Below are positions 1 to 8,186 of a stretch of 64,000 nt of DNA, one piece after another. Made by a program: the position numbers and the translations under genes. The notes under the pieces were generated by a model. That model was not told the DNA's origin and did not search any database. It saw only the letters and a program-made list of their open reading frames with translations. Numbering within the stretch: the stretch's first letter is position 1; every line of letters begins with the position of its first letter. The DNA comes from an uncultured Rhodopirellula sp. (GTDB lineage Bacteria; Planctomycetota; Planctomycetia; Pirellulales; Pirellulaceae), in contig CAXGAI010000005.1 of the NCBI GenBank assembly GCA_964007735.1, positions 62,001 through 126,000 of the forward strand. Reading direction: 5' to 3'.

Positions 1-1941
1 CTTCAGTATGACACGCTCGAAGCATTGCTTCGACAAGGTGTTACAGCCAAGAAAGAGGATATTGCAAAGCTCCGGGACCACTATATCGAGACGATTCCAG
101 ACTTCCCGAAAAAGACGAGAGTCACTGCTGAGCAGATTCGTCAGGCTCTTGAAAAATGGGTTCAAAGCTTGCCCTCTCAAGACCTGAAGCAGATTCTGGA
201 ACAGTTGAAGAAGGGGGCCCCTGACTTCACACCGATTACCGGTGAGCAGGTCACAAAGACCCGGAAAGCATTAGATGTCGCATTGACCAATATGACAGCA
301 TTTTTGAATGCCGGTGAAGTTGAATTCGACTGGAAAGAACAACTGCAATGGGACCTGCTGCAGGAAGAGTTAGAGAAAGATAAGCCAAATCTTGGTCGTA
401 TGCAGGCTAGCCTAAATGGTTTCTATGGTGCCGATGTCGTTGGTTTGGAACGTCCCGAGTTTACAAACGTCCGAACTACATTACGAGCTTATATGAATGC
501 TATGTTCTTTAAGACGAATCCTAATTCTAAGGCCATGTATGAAGCGCAGATTGGAAACTTGATTACCGCTTTAGATAACTACACAGAGCAGGCTAATAAC
601 GATACCGCTTGGCAGGTGGGGCGCATTATTGGATGGCTTGATCGAGCAGCCCAGGCAAGCGATGTTCAACAGCAGATACGTTATCACTTCTATCAGCCCA
701 ATATTTACCTTCATGTCTCCCAGAATCTTATTTCTGCTGGTGAATTAATGGAGGTTGATGAGACTCAACCGTTGAAAACAGAGGTAAAAGGGCTGGAAGT
801 CGTAGGAGAAGCCCGTTTACGGGGCCAGATATCTTTTCAGATTGCTGAATCTCAGGAAAAAGCAACTTTGCGGGTGATTCTTGATGGTACAGCGATAAGT
901 CGAAATGTCGCCCAAAAATCAGGCGTTACCGTGGTGACTCGAGGCACAACAACACTACAGGCAACAAAGCTAGTTGGTTTTGACGGCGATGGTTTCTCCA
1001 CGGAACCAGCCCAAGCTGAAGCGACGACTAAACTGGAACTCGATAGTATTGAAGGGCCTTCTTCGACCCATGAATCCATCGCTAAGACTAAATTTATCAA
1101 GACCAGATCTGAAAATGAAAAAGGTGCGTCTGCCATAGCTGTTGAGTCAGTTACATCTAAAATGGATGCTCAGGTGCTGGATTTACTTGCCAATGTGATT
1201 GATGGTTATCAGGACAAGGTTCGTAATCCTCTTATTCGCCGTGGAGGTTTTCCGGTGAATGTAAATTCGACCAGCACGGCGGACTATATTCGATTGAATA
1301 TGCTTCAGACGGGACGATATCAGCTTGCATCGCCAACAGAACCCCCTGCTCTAAATATAGGTACAGATGTCGCTCTGAGGCTGCATGAGTCGTTTATAAG
1401 GAACTTTACCGAGGTAGTCTTAGGCGGTGTTGAATTGACGGACGAAAAGTTGGTGGAACATATGACAGATCTTGGTGCAGAAGTTCCTGAAGAACTAAGA
1501 ACAGGCAAAGGGAAAAAGTCCTGGGCCATCACTTTCTCCAATACTCAGCCGATTAGCGTTAGTTTCCGTGACAATCAGCTAGAAATTGCTATTCAGGGCA
1601 AGCAGTTCCGCGATGGTGCCAAAGTAATTAATGATCGAATTCGCATTGCAGCAACCTATAACGTGCTTAAAACCGATGAAGGTATGCAACTGTTGCGAGA
1701 AGGGGATGTGAATGTTCAGTTCATTGGCAAACAATCTTTGACCGTTGGGCAGGTAGCTATGAAGACTGTGATGAGTAAAAAGTTCAATGCATTCTTCAAA
1801 GATGACATCGTCGGCAAAGGTGGCATTCCTCTTCCAGGAAACTGGGCATCAGCAGGAAATTTGATCTTGCAACAGATCGTGTCAGATAATGGATGGTTAA
1901 TGCTATCTTATAACCTTGGAAAAGGTGCTCCGGCAGAATAG
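1..1941 (+). CDS. Hypothetical protein, 5'-partial; helical N-part plus beta-rich C-part, possibly BPI/TULIP-like
   Basis: Frame is open from base 1 to TAG at 1941 (>638 aa); no catalytic motif recognised. Confidence 0.8.
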   Translation, partial: LQYDTLEALLRQGVTAKKEDIAKLRDHYIETIPDFPKKTRVTAEQIRQALEKWVQSLPSQDLKQILEQLKKGAPDFTPITGEQVTKTRKALDVALTNMTAFLNAGEVEFDWKEQLQWDLLQEELEKDKPNLGRMQASLNGFYGADVVGLERPEFTNVRTTLRAYMNAMFFKTNPNSKAMYEAQIGNLITALDNYTEQANNDTAWQVGRIIGWLDRAAQASDVQQQIRYHFYQPNIYLHVSQNLISAGELMEVDETQPLKTEVKGLEVVGEARLRGQISFQIAESQEKATLRVILDGTAISRNVAQKSGVTVVTRGTTTLQATKLVGFDGDGFSTEPAQAEATTKLELDSIEGPSSTHESIAKTKFIKTRSENEKGASAIAVESVTSKMDAQVLDLLANVIDGYQDKVRNPLIRRGGFPVNVNSTSTADYIRLNMLQTGRYQLASPTEPPALNIGTDVALRLHESFIRNFTEVVLGGVELTDEKLVEHMTDLGAEVPEELRTGKGKKSWAITFSNTQPISVSFRDNQLEIAIQGKQFRDGAKVINDRIRIAATYNVLKTDEGMQLLREGDVNVQFIGKQSLTVGQVAMKTVMSKKFNAFFKDDIVGKGGIPLPGNWASAGNLILQQIVSDNGWLMLSYNLGKGAPAE

Positions 1942-2005
1942 TAAGTCCCATGGAAGTGATTTTTCAATGTGAAAGCAATGGAAAACAACAAAGAGGATTG
2001 GGGAA

Positions 2006-2482
2006 ATGGATCGTTGGGTCGAAATATCGTTTGATTGCCTTCCCTTGCGTAGTGTTGGTCGATTGGACGTTCCGATGGATGCTTCACCAAAATATCAGCA
2101 ACGTTGTGAACGTATTAAAGATGCAATGGAACGGCACGGTTCTTTCAATTCTTATTTTCTATATAACGCGAAAGCTGTTTATCACTTAACCAATACTCCG
2201 GCTCGCGGATTGTTAGCGTTTAATTTTGAGGGCACCGTTCTTACGGACTCAAAGGACGAAAAAACGAAATCGGCAGATTTAGTGATTTCGTTACAAGGGG
2301 AGACCTGTGATTGGCTGAGTCAACCGGTAGTGGATTGGTTTGTCCAGACGGTACGTGAAGCTGTAAAAGTCGAGTTTGATCGTTATATCAATGCAGGTGA
2401 TCTTGAGAAGACCCGTCAACGCATCAAGGAAATTGAAGAAGCCTCAGACGGTGCTGATGGCTATCTGGGGATGTATCTCTAA
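2006..2482 (+). CDS. Hypothetical protein (158 aa)
   Basis: ATG with upstream GGGGA; protein-like composition; co-directional with neighbours. Confidence 0.75.
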   Translation: MDRWVEISFDCLPLRSVGRLDVPMDASPKYQQRCERIKDAMERHGSFNSYFLYNAKAVYHLTNTPARGLLAFNFEGTVLTDSKDEKTKSADLVISLQGETCDWLSQPVVDWFVQTVREAVKVEFDRYINAGDLEKTRQRIKEIEEASDGADGYLGMYL

Positions 2483-2722
2483 AGCAGGTCTTGGGAAGTT
2501 ATTTTCCCAACGGCTAAGCCCCTAAAAAAAATGCTTTTCCTCCGCTTTTCCCGAAGTTCTATGAGTTTAAGGACGATTTGGAATCTACCGTTAAGTCGAT
2601 TAACGTCTGGAATTGCTATATCTACAGACTAAAAAGGCCTACGGTTGGGGGGGAGCCTGATTTGTTCAGGTTAGAACTATTTAGTTTTTTTGTACCTGCA
2701 AAGCCCATTTCAGGATTTGATA

Positions 2723-4780
2723 GTGAGCAATCTTCGGCACAATTTGATTATTTTTGCCAGTATTATGGGACTGCTATTAGCGGTGACTTTGATTGGTTGT
2801 ACCCCTTCGCGACCGCACTATTTGCGCGAACCAGGCGAGTTACGTACTTACGTTGATAGTCAAATCCGAATTGAATATCCGGATGTTCAAACCGAATCTC
2901 TGGACGAAGTAACAAACACCAAATCACCGATTACACTTTCGAAACCAGATTTTGATAAGCCCTGGGAGTTAACGCTTCAGGAAGCTGTTCAAACCGCATT
3001 ACGAAACAGTAAGGTGATAAGGAATCTTGGTAGTGTCACTCCATTTGGATTTGCGGATGGTTTATCTGGTAGAACTGCTGGAGCTACAACGGTCTATGAT
3101 CCGGCCATTTTCGAAACCGATCCGCGTACCGGGGTACAGGCCGCTTTATCCGAATTTGACGCTCAGTTCACCACGAGCATGTTCTGGCAGAAAACGGATC
3201 GTCCTCAAAATGTAAGTACGAACGACTTTGGCTTTGTCCCGTTTAACTATCAACAGGATTTAGCACAGATTGATCTCGGGCTAACGAAGAAAGCCGCGAC
3301 GGGTACTCAGTTTTCGTTGAGAAACCAAACGATTTACGATAAGAATAATCGCGGTTTTGGACGAGCATTACCGTCCGATTGGTATACCGCTATAGAAGGC
3401 GAAGTGAGCCACCCGTTACTTCGCGGCAATGGAACGATGGTCAATCGAATCCCACTATTATTGGCGCGAATCAATACGGATGTCAGTGTTGCTATGTTTG
3501 AATCGGCGGTCCGAAATATGGTGCTCGACATTGAGAATACTTATTGGGATCTTTATACCGCCTATCGGAATCTCGAAGCAGCGAAGATAGCTCGTGACAG
3601 TGCTCAGGTTACCTGGAAGATCGCTTACGAAAAGATGGTAGGTGGAATTGAAACGGCTCAGGCAGAAGCTCAGGCTCAGGAACAATATTTCTTCTTTCAG
3701 GCACAGGTTGAAACAGCCTGGAACGATCTGCTTAAAGCAGAACAAAGCATGCGATGGTTGATGGGCTTGTCACCAACTGACGGTCGGGTCATTCGACCGT
3801 CAGATGAACCGGCACAGGCCAAGGTTGTATTTGACTGGCAGCAGTCGCACGAAGAATCTCTGATTCGTAGTGTTGAATTGCGACAGCAGAAATGGTCTAT
3901 CAAGCGGCGTGAACTTGAACTGAAGCTCGCTCGTCACAATACATTACCACAGGTAAACCTGGTAACCATGTATCGTTGGTTAGGATATGGTGACCAGTTG
4001 ATTGGCAAGCGAAATGGTTTAGACTTCGTTGCCCCGGGGTCCAATGCGGTAGAAGGATTGACGGGTGGGAATTATCAAGAATTACGAGTGGGTATCGATA
4101 TTCGTCCTCCTAAATTCGGGGCTCGAGCGGAATTAGCGGCGTTGCGAAATGCTGAGTTGAATCTGAAGCGAGATGTAGCCCGACTTGAAGATATGGAACT
4201 CAATACATCACATCTGCTAACCACAGCAATGAAATCGTTGGACTATACACATCGGCAGGCTCAATTGCATTACAATCGATGGGCGATCTCGAAGAAAGAA
4301 GTTGATTCTGCTGTTGCTTTGTATCGCGGGGGAAAAACAACGTTAGATCAGGTGTTGCAGTCACAACGCCGTCACGCTCAGGCTCAGACGGATTATTATC
4401 GAGCATTGGGTTCCTACTCCAAAGCGATCGCTGAAGTGCATTACCGTAAAGGGTCGTTGTTGGCGTATAATGATATCCACTTGTCGGAAGGTCAGTGGCC
4501 AGACAAAGCATATGACGATGCGATGGAACGCGCTCGTCAGCGAGATGCAGGGCGTTACATGGATTACGGGTTTACCCGCCCCCGCGTGGTTAGCAATGGA
4601 TCGGTTGCCAAGCCGGTTGTGACCGGTGACGGAGCAGTGGACTCTAGTGCGACACCCGCAAATCAGGATCCCGCCTCACAAGAAAAGCCTGAGCCTGCTG
4701 AGGCTCCAGCCGCACCGGAAACCGATACAGTTGAGGCGGATGTTGTACTTAACTTACCAGACTATAATCTGGAACTGTAA
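2723..4780 (+). CDS. TolC-family outer membrane channel, lipoprotein type
   Basis: Lipobox LIGC after a hydrophobic stretch; LTLQEAVQTALRNS, VENxYWDL-like and LPQVNL OEP motifs; start placed at GTG 2723 (AGGA upstream). Confidence 0.85.
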   Translation: MSNLRHNLIIFASIMGLLLAVTLIGCTPSRPHYLREPGELRTYVDSQIRIEYPDVQTESLDEVTNTKSPITLSKPDFDKPWELTLQEAVQTALRNSKVIRNLGSVTPFGFADGLSGRTAGATTVYDPAIFETDPRTGVQAALSEFDAQFTTSMFWQKTDRPQNVSTNDFGFVPFNYQQDLAQIDLGLTKKAATGTQFSLRNQTIYDKNNRGFGRALPSDWYTAIEGEVSHPLLRGNGTMVNRIPLLLARINTDVSVAMFESAVRNMVLDIENTYWDLYTAYRNLEAAKIARDSAQVTWKIAYEKMVGGIETAQAEAQAQEQYFFFQAQVETAWNDLLKAEQSMRWLMGLSPTDGRVIRPSDEPAQAKVVFDWQQSHEESLIRSVELRQQKWSIKRRELELKLARHNTLPQVNLVTMYRWLGYGDQLIGKRNGLDFVAPGSNAVEGLTGGNYQELRVGIDIRPPKFGARAELAALRNAELNLKRDVARLEDMELNTSHLLTTAMKSLDYTHRQAQLHYNRWAISKKEVDSAVALYRGGKTTLDQVLQSQRRHAQAQTDYYRALGSYSKAIAEVHYRKGSLLAYNDIHLSEGQWPDKAYDDAMERARQRDAGRYMDYGFTRPRVVSNGSVAKPVVTGDGAVDSSATPANQDPASQEKPEPAEAPAAPETDTVEADVVLNLPDYNLEL

Positions 4781-4923
4781 GTCTTCGTAGAGCTTCCAAG
4801 GCTTTAAGTTTCCAAGCCTGCTGTATCGTAGAACTTCCCTGGCAGTCGTGTTCATTACGCCTGTTCTGTGTTAAAAAGTGAATAGAGATTCTGCGGTAAT
4901 TGACAGGGAAGCATTGCAAGAGA

Positions 4924-5544
4924 ATGTTCTTTAGCTTTGACGGAACAGATGGGGTCGGTAAGTCGACTCAGATTGAACTCTTTAAACATTGGCTTATCGA
5001 AAATGGTCACGAGGTTGTGTTATGTCGTGATCCCGGCAGCTCTTTGTTGGGGGAACGTTTACGGGATCTACTGCTGGAAAAACACGATGTTGGCATTCAT
5101 CGCCGAAGTGAGATGTTCCTCTATATGACAGCCCGGACTCAAATGGTCGAGGAAGTCATTAAACCTGCGTTAGCCTCAGAAAAGACAGTGATTTGTGATC
5201 GCTATCTACTAGCAAATATCGTTTATCAGGGGCATGCAGGAGGTCTGGACTCGGAAGTAATCCGGCAGGTTGGGGAGATAGCCACTGATGGTATTATGCC
5301 GGACCTAACAATCCTCTTGGATATGGATGTAACGAACGCTCGTGGACGCATGGACCGAGAGCTGGATCGCATTGAATCACAGGGGTTGGGATATATGGAG
5401 CAGGTACGGCAAGGGTTTCTTCGTGAAGCGGCGCGTGCTTCAGACTCCATTAAAGTGGTGGATGCTTCACACGATATTGCTGCGATTCACGAAGAAATTG
5501 TATCGCTGACTTCAGCCTTCCTTGAAAAACAACGAGGTGTCTAA
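4924..5544 (+). CDS. tmk: Thymidylate kinase
   Basis: P-loop DGTDGVGKSTQ, RDPG, DRY and PDLTILLD motifs; precedes holB. Confidence 0.95.
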   Translation: MFFSFDGTDGVGKSTQIELFKHWLIENGHEVVLCRDPGSSLLGERLRDLLLEKHDVGIHRRSEMFLYMTARTQMVEEVIKPALASEKTVICDRYLLANIVYQGHAGGLDSEVIRQVGEIATDGIMPDLTILLDMDVTNARGRMDRELDRIESQGLGYMEQVRQGFLREAARASDSIKVVDASHDIAAIHEEIVSLTSAFLEKQRGV

Positions 5545-5547
5545 GCC

Positions 5548-6636
5548 ATGGCATGGCAAGAGGTCGTAGGACACGAAGCTCAGATTGACAGGTTTCGCCG
5601 GAATCTGAGAAGCGGCCGCCTCGCTTCGGCTTTTCTTTTTGTTGGGCCGGATGGCATTGGGAAGCAGTTGTTTGCCCGAAAATTGACACAGACTTTATTT
5701 TGTGAAGTTAATCCAGAGTATGAGTGTAACCCATGTGGACAGTGTCCGGTCTGCCTGCAGGTCATCAAGGGAACGCATCCTGATCTGCACTATGTCGAAT
5801 TGCTGCCTGGAACCGCCGAAATCAGAACCGCTCAGATCGTTGGAGGAGCCATTCGAATCAACGATAAAGAAGAGCAGTTTCCTGGGGTTTGCTACGAAGT
5901 CAATCTAAAGCCGATTAGGGCCAGGCGTAAAGTTGTCATTATTAACGATGCTGATTCGTTGAATAATACCTCGACGGCTAATTTACTGAAGACGTTGGAA
6001 GAGCCTCCTCCAGGCGCTGTAATGATCTTATTAGGAACGAGCTTAAGCCAACAGTTGGATACGATTATTTCCCGGTGTCAGATCCTTTCGTTTAACGCAT
6101 TGTTGCCAGAGCAGATCCAGCAAATCCTTCTTCAGCAGCAAGTAGTTGATGATCCGAATGAAGCATTAGAACTGGCAATGATTGCAAATGGTAGTGTAGG
6201 ATTGGCTCGTCGTTATTCGGAAAGTGATTTATTAGAGACTCGAAGGGAATTATTGGGCTTATTGACTGCTTTGCCACAGCAAGCTGAAAAGCTTTCGGCA
6301 ATGGTGATAGGTTTAGTAGACGGTAAGAGCTTGAGTCGCCGAGAAAAGATGGATCAGCTCGACTTCTTAACCTCGATCGTTGTGACCTGTTTTCATCAGG
6401 TCGCGCTGCAGTTGTCTGGTCAGCCACCCAGCGGTGACCCGGTATTGATCGACGTGAGTCGTCAGATAGCCAGTGCGTGGCCGGGGGATGTTGAAACCGC
6501 ACTGGCTTGTATCGATCGAACGCTGGAAACAGCTTATCATGGACGAGCTAATGCGAACGTGAAAACGCTTGTAGAAGTCTGGGTGGATGATTTGAGCCAG
6601 ATTTGGCTGACCGGTGGCTTCAAGTTGCCGACCTGA
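5548..6636 (+). CDS. holB: DNA polymerase III subunit delta'
   Basis: GPDGIGK, Zn motif C...PCGQCPVC, HPD, LLKTLEEPP, TIISRCQ; tmk-holB synteny. Confidence 0.92.
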   Translation: MAWQEVVGHEAQIDRFRRNLRSGRLASAFLFVGPDGIGKQLFARKLTQTLFCEVNPEYECNPCGQCPVCLQVIKGTHPDLHYVELLPGTAEIRTAQIVGGAIRINDKEEQFPGVCYEVNLKPIRARRKVVIINDADSLNNTSTANLLKTLEEPPPGAVMILLGTSLSQQLDTIISRCQILSFNALLPEQIQQILLQQQVVDDPNEALELAMIANGSVGLARRYSESDLLETRRELLGLLTALPQQAEKLSAMVIGLVDGKSLSRREKMDQLDFLTSIVVTCFHQVALQLSGQPPSGDPVLIDVSRQIASAWPGDVETALACIDRTLETAYHGRANANVKTLVEVWVDDLSQIWLTGGFKLPT

Positions 6637-6660
6637 TCACAGAGCCTGAAGTGTGAAAAA

Positions 6661-6700
6661 GAAAAAACCCTAATCACCATTTTGATGATCAGGGTTTTTC
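6661..6700. terminator. Probable bidirectional intrinsic terminator
   Basis: AAAAACCCT-AATCA...TGATC-AGGGTTTTT inverted repeat between convergent genes. Confidence 0.7.
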
Positions 6701-6755
6701 GTGTTTTGAAGTCTGAAGGACTAGATGTGTACTCCAGACATAACACACCTAAAGA

Positions 6756-6977
6756 TTATTCGCGAGGGCGAACAGCTCCTGTCAGTCCGCTGTAATCATG
6801 GCGATCGTTACGGTGCCACAGGGGAGTGCCCTGCTCAACACGACGGCGCAGAATCTTAATCTTATCTTCTGATCCTGCTGGTGCATTTGTTGCTTCAAAG
6901 CCCTCTTTGGTAGGGGCGAAATCTTCGTCGTGGCCGTACTTTAGGATCGCTTCGAAAACGTTCCGTACATTTGACAT
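6756..6977 (-). CDS. Small hypothetical protein (73 aa)
   Basis: ATG 6977 with AAGGA upstream (the longer ORF from 7178 is probably over-extended); motif TNAPAGSEDKIKILRRRVEQGTPLWHRND. Confidence 0.7.
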   Translation of the reverse strand: MSNVRNVFEAILKYGHDEDFAPTKEGFEATNAPAGSEDKIKILRRRVEQGTPLWHRNDRHDYSGLTGAVRPRE

Positions 6978-7043
6978 TGGATTAATATCCTTCATAGTAA
7001 AAAAGTGTTTATCTTTTCGCAGTCGCTTCAATTTTTGGCTAAC

Positions 7044-7205
7044 TCTTGACTGGTCGAGCCATAATATTCCCGCATAAAATTTCCCACTTGGAATCAGTAC
7101 GACATACGTCGAATTCTGTTGTAGTGTGGGGCACACTTTATGCTGGAGCAATATCGAAGTGAACCGCGTATAACGCATATGGTTTCCGGATTAGTTCGGT
7201 CAAGA
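7044..7205. ncRNA. Candidate structured RNA (long imperfect rod)
   Basis: Nested complementary segments TCTTGACTG/CGGTCAAGA, AGCCATA/TATGGTT, GCATAAA/TTTATGC, CCCAC/GTGGG and CGAC-ATAC-GTCG. Confidence 0.35.
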
Positions 7206-7734
7206 CTTTCTCAAGTACCTGAGTTTGCTCGCTTGATGGTATTCGCAGTATTAACCACGTTCCCAAACAAAACTAATCACTTGAAGTGCCCTATTATTAG
7301 CTCTAATAACTCAGAGTCAACAAAAAACTCAAAAAAATAAGGGAAGAAATTCTTCCGACCCAATTTATTGAGAAAGCTTAAGGTGGGTTCACTTCAGCTT
7401 CTTATTCACGATCTATTAATATCGTTGAATTAGTTATATTTTCAACTAGTTTGTTAATTTGTTGTGAGGACTGCGTGAATTGCTGTAGTATTTTCTAACA
7501 ATGGATTATCTAGCACATGCCGCATTCTAGTGGTGCTAAATCTCCCTTTAGTTGTTTTTAGCCGAGCAAAATACTGGGCCCGTCATTGACTTTTGACTGT
7601 CCGTGGCTTTAAGTCGAGTCTATTTCGGTCGGAAATGATAATCTGCGGTGGATTGGTTGAGCGGTAGTGAAAACAATCTAAAATCAATACAGGTAAAATA
7701 TTGACACGTAGAATTATTTGTTAGGGAAGACAAA

Positions 7735-8154
7735 ATGCCCTGGTTTCAACGGACAATTACTTTAACGGCTCGTAGGCGAGGATTTCATTTGATAACTCGG
7801 GAAGTGGTTAGTGCCATGCCGGCCATCGCAGACGTAACCGTGGGGCAATTGCAAGTCTTTATCCAGCATACCTCTGCGTCGCTAACAATCAATGAAAACG
7901 CGGATCCCGACGTGAGAGTGGATCTTGAGTCAATGATTAATGCGATCGCGCCGGAGAATTTCCCGTACATTCATACGATGGAAGGTCCGGATGATATGCC
8001 TGCACACGTGAAGAGCTCGTTGCTGGGAGCGAGTCTCCTGGTTCCAGTGACCGATGGACGGCTTAACTTAGGAACTTGGCAGGGGATCTATTTGGCAGAG
8101 CATAGAGACAACGCTACTCCCCGTCGGCTAGTTTTGACGTTACAAGGAGAGTAG
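7735..8154 (+). CDS. yjbQ: YjbQ/UPF0047 family protein
   Basis: HTSASLTINENADPDV, EGPDDMPAHVKSSL, LGTWQGIY. Confidence 0.92.
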   Translation: MPWFQRTITLTARRRGFHLITREVVSAMPAIADVTVGQLQVFIQHTSASLTINENADPDVRVDLESMINAIAPENFPYIHTMEGPDDMPAHVKSSLLGASLLVPVTDGRLNLGTWQGIYLAEHRDNATPRRLVLTLQGE

Positions 8155-8186
8155 GTCTCTTTTGTGCTGTTGTTACAGTAGCTGGC

